In this document: piece after piece, positions 25,365 through 38,300 of the stretch | Layout of the letters: every line of letters begins with the position of its first letter | Position numbering within the stretch: position 1 is the stretch's first letter | Assembly: GCA_000165425.1 (NCBI GenBank) | Contig: CT868029.1 | Span: 124,001 to 188,000, forward strand | Length of the DNA: 64,000 nt | From: Paramecium tetraurelia | Lineage: Eukaryota | Direction: 5' to 3' | Position numbers and translations under genes: made by a program | Notes under the pieces: model-generated | What the model was told of the DNA's origin: nothing | Databases searched by the model: none | The model's input: only the letters and a program-made list of their open reading frames with translations

Positions 25365-25840
25365 ATGCAGAAACCAGAATAAGTGATGCAAGATTTTGCT
25401 AATCTATTGGAAAAATGTAATTCCTTATTTGTAAAATCTTAGATAGAAATGACCCTGAGGCGTGGTCTTAAATTTATAAGGTTATAAATTATAAGCCAAC
25501 TCAAAACATTCCTAAAGGATAATCGTTAGACCCAGAAAAAATTCGAGAGTTCCTTAGATTAGGAAAACCTGGAACCTAAGAATTTGATCCTTATGATGAT
25601 ATGATATACTTTGATGATAACAAGGTCAAAGAAATAGTTTTAAGATAAAACTTTCTAATTGCAAAAGGTTGATTATGAATCTATGATGTTCTAGGGTACT
25701 TTGATCCGAAGGCATACTTTCCATCAATTAATTTAAGTAGTTTAGACGATACATCATTTGATGAGAAAATCAAAGGTATTATGATTTATAATTATTAAGA
25801 AATGCTTAAAATACCTGATTAGGCCGACAAAAAAATTTGA
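25365..25840 (+). CDS. Small hypothetical protein
   Basis: MQKPEQVMQDFANLLEK...EFDPYDDMIYFDDNKVKEIVLRQNFL. Three canonical short introns restore the frame; TGA at 25838-25840. Confidence 0.7.
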
Positions 25841-25887
25841 AAATTATATCATGTCAAAACAATAATTCATATTACTTTACTATTTCA

Positions 25888-28556
25888 TCAAACCTACCTA
25901 TAAATGCGAATCAACGCTTGTTTGAAATCGTCAATATTCAATGGTTTAGTCAGCACCTTTTGCATTCCACTATCAAAACATTTTTCTATTTCATATTATC
26001 CATTGAAAGCAGTTAATCCAATAATAGGAATAAAGGGAATGATCTTCCCAATCATCATATTTCTCAATCTTTTGGTTGTTTGCCAGCCATCTAAAATTGG
26101 CATTTGGCAATCCATCAAAATGAAAACATAGAGTTAACAATCCTCATTGCATCTCTTGGCATTTTTGACAATCTCAATTGCCTATTAACCATTGTAAGCA
26201 AGTAGTATTTCAAATCCCATCTGTGCCAGAATCAATTCGAGAGCCTTCTAATTAAAAGAATCGTCATCCACAGATAGAGCTCTTTGACATTAACATTTAA
26301 ATTTGAACTTAACCTTACTGAAATTAGATTAGATTTAACTTTGATCATCTATCTTTTGTTGCATTCTGGATACTAATGAATTTTGACTCTGTTTATTCGT
26401 TATGAATTTAGGATTGAAATTTGATTATACATACATAAGTTGATGAGACAATTCAAATCTATCAGAATCTAAAGGCTAATATAATATCTCTTTCTACCTT
26501 AAAATTAAACATCCGTCTCAAATTAACATTAAATTTCCAGCTTCTAATTCTATTATGGTTTCCCATAATAATTGGCCACGGATGAAAGACCCTTGACAGG
26601 TATGTTCTTAACTGAAGTATTTTTATATTCAGCATTAGCTATGATTAATAGGCCTATTAAAATAGTTCTATATGTAATACCTTACAAGCCTTCGCTAAGA
26701 TCAGGAACTGTATTAGGTGTAGCTAGAGATCCTCTTTTGAATGTTTTAATTTAACCTAATTATTAAGAGAACACTTATGTTTGAGTCTTTATTCTGAATT
26801 TAACTTCGACACCTTGATTTAATCCTTTAGAAGCAATTTAGAGATGTGATTTATTTTAAGGAGCTAAAGTGATCAAATTCATCTGACTTACTAAAAGTCC
26901 TAAGCCTTACCACTCGTGCTATTGAGAAATACTTCTATTCAAAGCAAAGTCTTAGAGAGTTTATTAGATTTTTGCTAGGAGTTAAGGCTCTATACCCTAT
27001 CCTTAATCCTATACTTTGAATAAGACGTAGTCATCAAACCCTTGAATCACCACTTCAACTTAGCCTTAAGAACTAAATTTAACTGAATTCGAGATAATAT
27101 TAACTAAGATTTGCATAATTCGATAGAAATCAGACTTTATGATAATTGGAATAGACCTTTGAGCATTAACATGCAATCCTATTTTCTTGTGTTAAAATAT
27201 AAGCTTAAATAAATCGTTTATTTCTTGGATGATGTCAACGAAATTGAAATCTGAAAAGTGATATTTAATCATCTTCTGATTGAATTGTGTGAAGTCAATG
27301 ATGTCTCTTATTATGTATGCTTACAATCTTAATGAGTTCTTAGCAGGGTCAATAAAAAGTTCTTTCAATTCAATAGGTAATTAATTTGTTTAACTTAATC
27401 CTTATAAAAATAGTTCTGCACTATTTAATGGTGTTCTTAATTCATGTGAAAATGAATCAATCATTTTTACAATGAATTGTTCTTTTGTTTCCATCTTTTT
27501 GAAATTTGTTTAAAGTGTAATATCTTGAATTATTATCAAATATTCACTTTCATCTTAAGCATATGAAACTTTAAATAATAGATTTCTCTCTTCAAAAAAT
27601 GCTTCATTTCCCTTACAAAATGTAGCAGATAATTCTAATTGATCATCATTTGACTTAATCTTCTCTAATTGCCCTAAGTTTAATAGATTTAGAATTTGTT
27701 TAATAGTGAAGGTCTTGTTCTAAATTTAGTGCTAAGTTAGATTGATGGAACCCGAAGCCTGGAGGAGACTATTTTTCTCTAACACTATGCTTGTTTGATT
27801 AGTAAAATAGGTGTTTTTCTTTTGGATTATTGTGCATTCCAAACTCTCAAGGATGAATCTGCCAATGTCTCTTTCAGCCTAAAAAATTTATAGCAATTAA
27901 TCATTTTCAAATAAAATTTCTAAATTGTCCTTTTTAACTATTACGATACCCACAGGGAAACTTTGCAATTTATTCATCCACTTCAGACTAACAGATTCAT
28001 TAATCCTATTAATTAACAAGGATTATCTTATCTAATTTTATATTGGTTTTATCTCTGTTTTTGATAATTATTCGAATTTAATTTTCTCCTATTTCCTTAT
28101 AATTAAATGTTTTTCTTTTAAGAGCAACATAGTTGCATAACCTACTGCAATGTATGTAACTCCTAATTCATTGTGAGAGATCATCAAAAATAATTACACA
28201 GCATTCAAAGCGATTAGGATGATGTAACTAATTTATTTCTATAGAACATCTATTAATTGTTTCTCATAAAATTTAATAAGCAGATAACCATATCTCAGTA
28301 TCTCTGTAAAATAAAAGCAACAATAATATATTTGCACCATTTGTGCAGATAACATCACAATTTATATGTATTTTCTCTTTTTGCCACCAAATTTCTTCGC
28401 TATGTAAGGCGATAATAAAATGCCGAGCAATTGAATTATGATTGTATTGATGGATACTATAAAAGAATCTTTTGAATAACTATAAATTATTCCCGATAGA
28501 GCAATATCAATAAAGCATTTCAAATAATACCAAAATTCTTTATTATTAAATTTCAT
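25888..28556 (-). CDS. Membrane-bound hybrid histidine kinase (TM helices, HisKA, HATPase_c, receiver)
   Basis: H-box FSHELRTPLN; N-box MQILVNIISNSVKF; G1 VQDQGQGI; G2 GQGLGL; receiver SVDDDSFNQ...ILMDCQMPILDG...IIGLTA...LTKPL. Confidence 0.92.
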
Positions 28557-29482
28557 TATTAAATTTACAACAATTAAGTGTCTCTTAAATATAGTTAATT
28601 AGTTATATTTTAGAGTGCAAAGAGATGATAATTCAAAATATAATTTAATTCAACACATTCCTGTTAAGTCATAAAAGTGAAAAATTAGTTTGAAACCTGA
28701 TAACGGCAGAGGCATATTGATGCAAATGAAAATAAGACCATCAAGAACATTTTTAAGTATTAATTATCATATTATTTAATATATTTATTTACAATGGAAA
28801 GCTTTATTTCATAAAATTTTATTTTCTAGTAAATCAAATTACTTAAATTGCTTTATCCAACTAAATTGAAGCACTTATGATGAATATATATTGTTATACC
28901 AATTTCTATCGGCTTTGTTAGACTAGTTCATTAATTCTTGATATATTATTCTTGCATGTGAACGCATATAGTGAATGCTTCTTTATACGCTCTTTTTATT
29001 TAATTTAATAATAATTCCATAATGATGGTTCAGTAAATTTATAAGCCTTTAGCATAATGATTATTTTAAAAAGAGATTATTTTTGAAATCGTCTTGCATT
29101 AGATATTTCCAATTTCAAACATTCCTTTCAAACCATAATTTCAGAATAAACAACCATTTTCGGTTATCCTAAATTTAAAAAATATTATGTATTTATGTTT
29201 GCTTATATTTTATCTTTCTTAAAATTACAAACCTCTAATACCAATAATTAAAATCTAGGGATTTATGATTAAATTACATTTAATAAAGAAATTGTGATTC
29301 TTGCATGCTAATTTTTAATCATTTTGTCAACTATTTCTGAGTATGCAATTCTAAATACTTAATCTATTGTTACTCACTAATGGATTAAATCATATGAAAT
29401 TTATATAATGATGATGAAGAGAGATAAATAGATTATAAATAATATAAAAACATTAATTACTCTCTTTTCTTTCTTTTTTAAT

Positions 29483-29773
29483 TCATATCTAATCAGAACA
29501 CATTCTAAAGCTTCTTCTTTGAAAAAGTTCTGAGTCCATCGTCAGTGAAACTCGCCTTTGTTGTTTTGGGGGTGTCAGTGCTGCATCAAGACTATAAAAT
29601 GAATTTCTTTAATTGCAATGTTTTTCTACTTATGTTAGTTGATTAATTCCCAACTAATCCAAATAGGAAACTATTGATTATTCAACATCATTTTTGATTG
29701 GTAACCATCCATAAGTAAATTATTCGCTTTTTGAGGAATTCTCATTTGATTTCTAGAATTGAGGTGATTGCAT
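29483..29773 (-). CDS. Small hypothetical protein (96 aa)
   Basis: Intronless frame MQSPQFQKSNENSSKSEQFTYGWLPIKNDVEQSIVSYLDQLGINQ...RMCSDQI-TGA. Confidence 0.55.
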
Positions 29774-29801
29774 AAGTATTATTATATTTTAATATTATAT
29801 T

Positions 29802-30323
29802 TCATGATTTTGAAATCCTTTTATTTCTAATTAGTTTATATTTTCTAACAAATTTATCTGTCCAACCTTTACTTGCTTTGAAATCCACTCCTTGCTTAAT
29901 CATTTTCAAGGCCTATGTTTAGATCATGGCTCGAGAGACCCTTTTATTGGTATTTCTGATAGTTTCATGACACCATGCTGCCAGTTTTTATTCCATTTCC
30001 AAATCAATAGATTTGCGCCCACAACCCTTCTTACGAAAAGGACCTTGCTTTTTCCACCGTCTAATGTTCTTCAATGGAATGTCTAATTCCTCAGCTATCG
30101 TTCTTTCATCTCTTCCTTCCTCAATCCATTTGAGCGCACAAATTTTTAAATTTAGACTATAGCTCCTATACTTGCCTCTCTCCTTTTTCTTTTTCTTCCT
30201 TTGCTATCTTGTCTTTAAGTCTCTTATTCTTTAGCAAAGGTTCTTTCTAAATTTTACAGGAATGAGTTGAAATTTTTCACAAATAGGTTTTTCCATGTTG
30301 TAAAAAAAGTGAAGAGTTATCAT
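29802..30323 (-). CDS. Stand-alone bipartite HTH protein (psq/Brinker-like HTH plus CENP-B/Tc5-type HTH), no DDE domain
   Basis: RGKYRSYSLNLKICAL...TIAEELDIPLKNIRRWKK, then GRKSIDLEMEQKLAAW...VSRAMIQTQAL...FKASKGWTDKFVRKY, with TGA shortly after. Confidence 0.8.
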
Positions 30324-30750
30324 AATTTTATTAAATTCTATTTTATATTAATCAATCTCAATCTCTAAATACCTCATTTCTTTCTAAATTACAAATTTCG
30401 AATTTTCTCCAAACTTATCCTCATAATTTAAAATCTAAATTTTTCCATTTAAACAAATTCTACTAATATTCAAAAACAAAATAAATAATCAATACAAATT
30501 CTTGCGTATTCAATGCATATTAATTTTACAAAATACTAATTGTATTCTATTCTTTATCCCTTAAAATAAAATATAATAGAAATCTATAATAGATTATTTT
30601 AACAGTATAATATTAGATATATAAATAATAATTAAATTTTTGTAGATCTATTACATTGTAACCATTAATATTCTAAAAGTATCTTTGGGAATATTTTAAT
30701 ATTAAATATATTTGTTGATATTAAAATTGAAACACAAAAGTATTAATATT

Positions 30751-33700
30751 TCATTTAATCTGTATTAATTAGGAGTACAACAATTTATTAAATCCTTTCT
30801 GATGAATTAAGGCAGGTGGAAACAATGTAGCAATCAATTTCAATTGATTTAATCTGTTATACTATTTGTTAATCCAAAAAGCTGACACAAAAGAAGTAAA
30901 GATGAGAAATCTAAGATAATTAAAAATATTTACGCAACTGATGAAGTGATTAGATAAGTTAAGATTTAATTTGATAATTTGTTGCTTAATATCTGTGTTT
31001 CAGTAAAAATATCTAAGAAACAAAAATAGATGCAAGTTTGCAGTTCAATAAAGTATTGTAGAAATAAATGAAAATGAAGAGATGATTACAGAAATTAGTC
31101 TGAATGACTCTAATCATACTCATAACGTAAATTAACTTTTTCAAAGTTGAACTCCTCTTTGGATAATTTATTTAAGTCTTAAATTATCCCATAAATACCT
31201 TTATCAATCAAAGTGAGATAATTTTCATTTTCAAAATATAGCTATTTGATGTTACTTATTTAGCAAAAACTCAATATGCTGGCATAGTAAGTACAGAGAT
31301 CATCATTAAAGATATCAATTAATTGTTGCTGAAATGATTAATTATACGAGGTTGTGGTGACTAGTTCATTATTGATCTAATCTGAAAGATGGAGCAAAAC
31401 ATCAATATTATTGAAAAAGAATTCAATATGATCAGTTTAATTTATGTAATCTATTGCACTATTATTTTTGATTATATGTTCAGTCTTCATGACTTCCCCT
31501 ACAATTACTGCAGAATCAAGTCTTGACTTCAGTTTCAGATACTTCATAGTAAGGATTAAGCTACTTTAATATTGGCTATTATATAATTTGGAAATCAATT
31601 GAGATCCAAATATAAACAATATCAGTTCGCAACCAATAATCAATGACAAGATTATCAACAAAGTGTACTTTTCATTGTAATTTTCCAATTTGCTTAGTGG
31701 ATTGAATTTTGGTTAATTTGCAATAGCTTTCTCACTTGGTTTTTAAGTGACAGGTTCTTCTTTTGATTACGATTATATCAGTAATAGTTTTGATAATTGG
31801 TCTTTTTAAAAATGCAAAATTTCTATCTATTCTTGAATAATTTTAATGTTTAAATATTACAAAAGTCTAATTAATTTGGTCTCAGTCCTTAATAATCTAC
31901 AATTGATAATAAAGAAGATAATCAACAGAAATAGTATGACTATCGAAGAATATACACAAAATATAAAGGTTTGGTTCTCAAATTAAGAAAATGATTACTC
32001 AGTTGATGAAATCATATCATCTAGTACAAAATTGTGAAATTTAAATATGTTTAACATATTCTATCTAATTAATCCATCAGTCTTGAGTATATCTGGATCA
32101 AAAGTCGTGATATTCTTGAAGTCTGTTTTTTTAAACTGCCTTACCAGTGCTTCTCTGAGAATAGTATAAAATTAATAGTAATCCAAGCTAGATTAAGTCT
32201 TTTAGCCATTCTAGTAACTAATTAAATCAATGGTATCCATCCCCAACTGAGTACTCTTCTTACTGAGGTTCATTGTATATTCTTCATGTACACTGCCCCA
32301 GAAATCAAAAACATATATTAATTAATTTTCTCTTCTAAATTCTAAGTATGGACTAATTCGATACAGTTAGTTTTCAATACAATACTGATTCCACATCAAC
32401 ATGAATGAGGCTCCTATGTTGAAAGTCATAGCCTATGGAGTATTCAAAAAATTGACATCATATTGTTAGTGGATCATATTATAATAATTCAACAGATAAC
32501 TCACCAGTAAAGAAATTGTGGTCACACATATCATTAATAATAGTATCCAAATGTTGTACTTTAATGGAGTATACAATTTCTTGCTTTTGATAAGATTGGA
32601 AATGAATTCATAATCTGATTACAACCCTTCAAATTACGACTCATCGGTGATTAAAGATATATTTTAGATATCTTCTATCTAAGGAATTTAAACAATTTTT
32701 TATTGTTAAAATTCTTCTATCTATTTGAATTTCAAAACAAAGTAGGTTGTATCTGACTCTATAAACTTCTGTTGTACAAATTCCAATGATCCTTCAAAGT
32801 CAATACTTTTCATTCGTGATGGGGGGACTACAAGTGCTTGTATTTAGTTCATGATTTGCATTTGCATAATCTTTATTTTTGTGTCTTTAATGGTGGGCAC
32901 TTCATCTGTTAATTTAGGTTATTTAGAAGAAGGCAAGCGCTTTGTGGAAGATGAATAAAAGATTTTTTTAAATTTCGAGGAAATAGTTGCTTCATCGTTG
33001 ACAAGTCCTAATGCTTAAGTTTAGTCAAGACACTTCTTATGATTTACAGGGAATTGCCATCTAGAAGCAATATTCACTGATTGTTGGAATGTTCCTAAAG
33101 AATATTAAGTGGCTAATTCTTGAATATGAGAGTATATTTCTGGAAGATAATATTGAATCATTCCTGATTGGATGAATTCAGAAACACCTAATTTTTTTGT
33201 AAATGCATTATCTGACTTAGATGTAAAAAATTCATATATTTATTAGGAGATCCCCAACATCTTCCCTTCTGAATCGAATAATGCAAAATGATTGGGTTGG
33301 TTTTTAATTACTATTAAATTTTACAATATGATATCGTCCTTACTAATTGTTACATAGATGTATAAACTACATTCGACTAAATATTCATCTTTATAAAAGT
33401 ATAGAGTCAAAGGCTAATTTATATCTAGGCCTTAATACAAATACTGATTGACAAAACTATTATAAACGGTTTTTTAAAATTATGGCAACAAATCAACTAA
33501 TTGTTTTGGTTCGAGTTGGTCTCCTATGATTTGGAGTAGCCTCTTATTATTTTTATTGATTATATTATTGGAATTCATAATAAAACTAGATGACAACAAG
33601 AATGCTTCATCTATGAATATTTTTAAATAAATATTTACTCTTCTAAAATTTAGTGTTCATTATCCTATCGTAGGCAAGCAAATCATTTTGTTTCTTCCAG

Positions 33701-35243
33701 AGATCTTTAACCTATCATTAATTTTGTTGATTACTTTAAAATAATTACTGTAAAAAATAAACAAAAATGAAGATACAATATTAATAGATATTTAATCTGA
33801 ATTCTGAAATTCCAATAATCTTCCACTTTCCAAGTCATATTGTCTTTCAAAGATATTCTTGTATTTCTCTAGTGTGCTTAAGATTTTGTCAAGCTATATT
33901 CTAAACGTATTCAGGTATTGATCCAAAGATTACTCCTTTTTCAATAAGAGATAGAACTAGCTTTTTATGTCTATAAAATTAATTAAGAGTTAATAATTTT
34001 ATTATTCTAAAAGAAGCGTTTTAATGTACAAATTAACATTTAAAGGAGATTTAATTAATCCATCACAGTATTAGATGACATTTAATAAATTTGCCTCCAA
34101 AGTAGATTATTACAGAATACTTAAATTTGTTTTGTCTATATTTATTAAATTTAGATAGAGCTGTATTTTCTTGTACTTGAAAACATACTACAAGATAGTT
34201 AATCTCTCAGGGATATCACCATTCTACAACACATGTTTTTAGTATTTAATGACATTCTATTCTTGAGTGGCTGTAAAAAATTAAGAGTATGATGTAAAAT
34301 ACTTTACTAATTCTGGATTTTTAAAAAGACTGTATTTGAATAAATTTGTTTATGAATTTTTCGAAAATAATTCTTCACCTAGTCTCTTTTACCGAATTGA
34401 AGTTTAAATACTAATCAACAAAATATAAATTAAAACTAAATCGTACCAATACTATTTTATCAAAAACACGATTATATACGATATGATAAAATTTGAGATT
34501 TGTAAATAGTACCAACTGTTATATTGATAGTTATTCATCTTTTATGTAATCATGATAAATCTTGAAAACAACAAGAGAATTGGTGCCACCAAATACTATT
34601 CTTGGCTCTGCACTACAAAGCAAATTATAAGCTACATAATTAGGTAAAATAAGTTCACCAGTCTTGAGGAGTAACAGCCTTCAATTTCAATTAAACTGTT
34701 TTGAATATTACAAAAACAGTACATAATTTCTAGTGATAAACCTAAAATGATTCCTATAATAGACAGTTCTATATATTTTAAGGATAAAGCAAAATTAAAT
34801 GTAATATTCAAAGTGGGCAGAAATATTATTAAGTGATAAATGTTTTGAAAATATTTGAAAAATTATCCTACCAGAATAAATTTTTCATTTTTATCAACAT
34901 AAACAATTGCTAGCATCAAAAGGTATAAGACTTGTGTGGAGAGCAACAAAAAAAACAATGGTTCGACTTAATCATATTTAATCAAATTGATGGAAAACTT
35001 CTATTGAATAGACAATAGAGAACTCTGAATTTATGTGGAAGTTTGATTTTGAATTTCTGTTGAAGTGATTAACTATATCTCCTGTAGGGCTGAGACGAAT
35101 AGAAGGATTTTTGCAAAGATGAGATTAAATAGTGTTGGCTCAATTTTGTTTCTGATCATTATTTATTGCATCCGCACTAAGCCATTGAATACTAGTTTCC
35201 CCAATTTATCATTTATTTTCTTCTTTTTTAAGGCCCTCCTCAT
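30751..35243 (-). CDS. Large multipass membrane protein with central PAS-like region (TmcB-like architecture)
   Basis: About 1480 codons: N-terminal TM cluster, central LVDLLPQFQKTVYNSFVNQYL...FALFDSEGKMLGISQ segment, C-terminal TM pairs. The family call is inferred. Confidence 0.65.
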
Positions 35244-35395
35244 AAATAACTCAATATAAATAATATTAAAATTAAGCAATTTAATAATTCAAGTAAGGAG
35301 ACACATTTTACATTCTCTAATTGATTGAATATCAAAAAATCTATATGAAGATTGAGGAATTAATAAAAATAAAAGCTCAATAATATTATATTGCA

Positions 35396-38300
35396 TCATT
35401 CAAACATATCGTCTCTCTTGAAATTTTATATTACACTATCTTATTGATTTTCTTCATCAGAGCATTTTTCCGAAATATACCCTCCTAGTTTCTTGACTTG
35501 CTTTTCACTTTGAGTCGCTTAGAGAGTTCCTAAACTCTTATCAGATTTGATTGCAGGAAAATCGATTTTTTGAGTTTCATGTACAACTTTCATTGGAAAT
35601 CCATTGCACATTTCGTCAGGATCAATATAAAAGTTTAGACTAGTCAAAGAATTTTTGTCATCCTTGTTTTGTTATTATTTCTAGTAGTTTTGATGCATAG
35701 CTCTCTTTGGTTGATGGATGGCTTGTTCAATATCAACATTGATTTCACTCCTTCTTTAGACATTGGTTTATTAGAAGTTATACACCTTTTTTCTTATTTA
35801 GCTCCTTCTTCTGCCTTTATTTCTTTCAAGCAGAGTCTTGGTGGTGATGTAAGCATTTTCATTAATTTCTAATTGCTTTAAGTTTTTCTCCTTTTGCATT
35901 TCCTTGATTCTTTTCTTGATCTTCCTCCTCTCAATAACTCTAAATTAATAACATCAATACCCTCTCAAAATGTCAGTGATGGAATTAAAAGCAAAGATAT
36001 CTACAACAAATTGTTAGGTTTTCATTCCAACCAAATCAGGATATCTGGACTCCCATGATTTTCTTATTTAACGTAGAATGATCTTGTCTTCAATCTATTC
36101 GATTCCTTTGAGTTCATTCTTCTTTTTTATTGCATTGTAAGCCAACTGGATACATATATCCTTGAAATGAACCATTTTATTTTGATAAATTTACACTTGA
36201 TAATCACTTAGTTTTTGAAAGATCTCAGTTTTGAATAGTCTCATCTTTTTCTTATGATTATAGAAATGGGACTTCAATTTTTGATTTTCTAATTATAGAG
36301 TTTTCTATTTTACTTGCAGCAGCAAAGTCGTAATATTGAGAATTTTCATCTTTAAATCCTAGAGGGGGATTTATTTCGAACATCAAAAATGCAAAATCTT
36401 CTGGGGTTATCCAACCTGTACCTTGAGGATCATAATCCGACCATTTAACTAAAAAGTCCTCTAATTAATACGGATTTATGGCAGCCGTATTTTCTAATTG
36501 ACATTCCTGATATGATTCAATAATCATGGCTAAAAACAATGAAGTCATGATGATGCGAATCAAAACCAGAAAGCTAATAAAGAAAAAATAACCAAAGATT
36601 GTACTACACCCCCGAGCACCTTCCGATTCAAATTGTTCAGGAGTTTGGGCATGACATCCTTTGGTATCAATTGTATAATCAGCCATATACAAAGACCAAT
36701 ATTAACCAGTAGAAATATCGATTAAAATCAAGACTCCATCTAAGAAATTTGAAAAGGACTTAGTTCTTTAGCTTTCTTCCATCGTATAGGGATACTGAGG
36801 ATCTGATGACGTGCTCCATACTGTTGAAAAGGTCTGGACTCCTATTAGTGAATATATGATTATGGTGATTGCAATGAATACTATGACACTCAATAAGGTA
36901 GGAATCAGATCTTAGATCACATCAATGAGAACTCTCAATTGTTTATTGAACCTAAATAATTTATTGGCTTTTATGATTCTCAGGGATCTTATAATGAGTG
37001 GAATCGTGTAAAGTCTAGGCAAGTCAAAACTGTCCTTCATTATCAAGAGCACATCTGTCACAATCAATATGATAATATCGAATTTATTGAGAATATCTCT
37101 GAAGAAATGAACCCAGTATGCGAGTAGTTTGATGAACAATTCCACATGGAAAATTACTATAAAGAAAATACTCATTCCATATAATGCCTCTTAAGTGGTG
37201 ATACTCTACTTGCCACTATAGGATGAACAACTAGATATGAGTGCAATAATTACAAAATTAGATTGACCACAAGCAAAATTAGGATGACAGTCTCGAAGTA
37301 TTAGTTGCTAGCCAAATGATAACAAATTAGTCTGTATTTGGATGAAGGTTTGGGTATGAGATATATAAGTTTCTTCTTTTGCATTATTTACATCATTTAT
37401 ATCCATTGTCTTTGAAATTCATTTAATTACTAAAAGTTGGCAATGTTCTCCTTGATAGTTCTGTAATTGTTGATGATCAAGCCAGTGATTAGATTGAGCA
37501 ATACGATATTCAATGAAAAGATCAACACATAAAAGAAGAATTGGTATTAGGATGATGAATTAATTTTAGGATTGAGTCCTCTATTGGTGATGTCAGATAC
37601 ACTAAACATTTATTAGGTCCAACCCTCTCCAATGATTAATCTGAACAAACAAAGTAGGGAATCTTGGATTGTATCATAATTGGTTATATTATTTATCCAT
37701 TATCCTCCTTTGGCGAGACAATCTTCTACGTTGACAATATCTTAAAAGTCTTTCAACGATACTTAGGAGCAAAAATAGAGTTTGCCCTTCCATATTGTCA
37801 TGCATATGATACTTAGAATCCACAGACTTATGCCAGTAACAAATATCATTGATGAAAGTAATGAGATGGTTTATAATAAAGATCTGGATATTAGATTCAG
37901 TTACTCATTTTGCGATCCTCTCTACATATATCAAAATTAATTACCCGTAATGTGATCAGAATTCTTAATGTTCTCAGAGCTCTGAAGGCTCTTAAGTATT
38001 AGCTCTTGTAAATATTGAGATCATCAAGAGAACTAATAATGAGGACTACGAAATCTAATTAATTGTTATTGTTCATGATATAGGATTTTTGAGGTTCCTA
38101 TTTATTCCAATAGAAACCTTGGGCTAGGATTTTGATAAATGCGTCCAATATGAAAATGCCAGTAAATGCATAATTAAATACATCAATAACTAAATTCTCC
38201 TTTCTGAGAGGTTGATCATACCCTAAGAGTATTAAATTAGACAAAATAATGAAACTCATTGCCCAATCATAATATTTAGATTGAATGAGAATGTGTAATT

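Noticed and set aside
29400..30700. Intact pogo/Tc1-mariner transposon around the HTH gene
   Set aside because: No DDE domain, terminal inverted repeats or target-site duplication could be identified.
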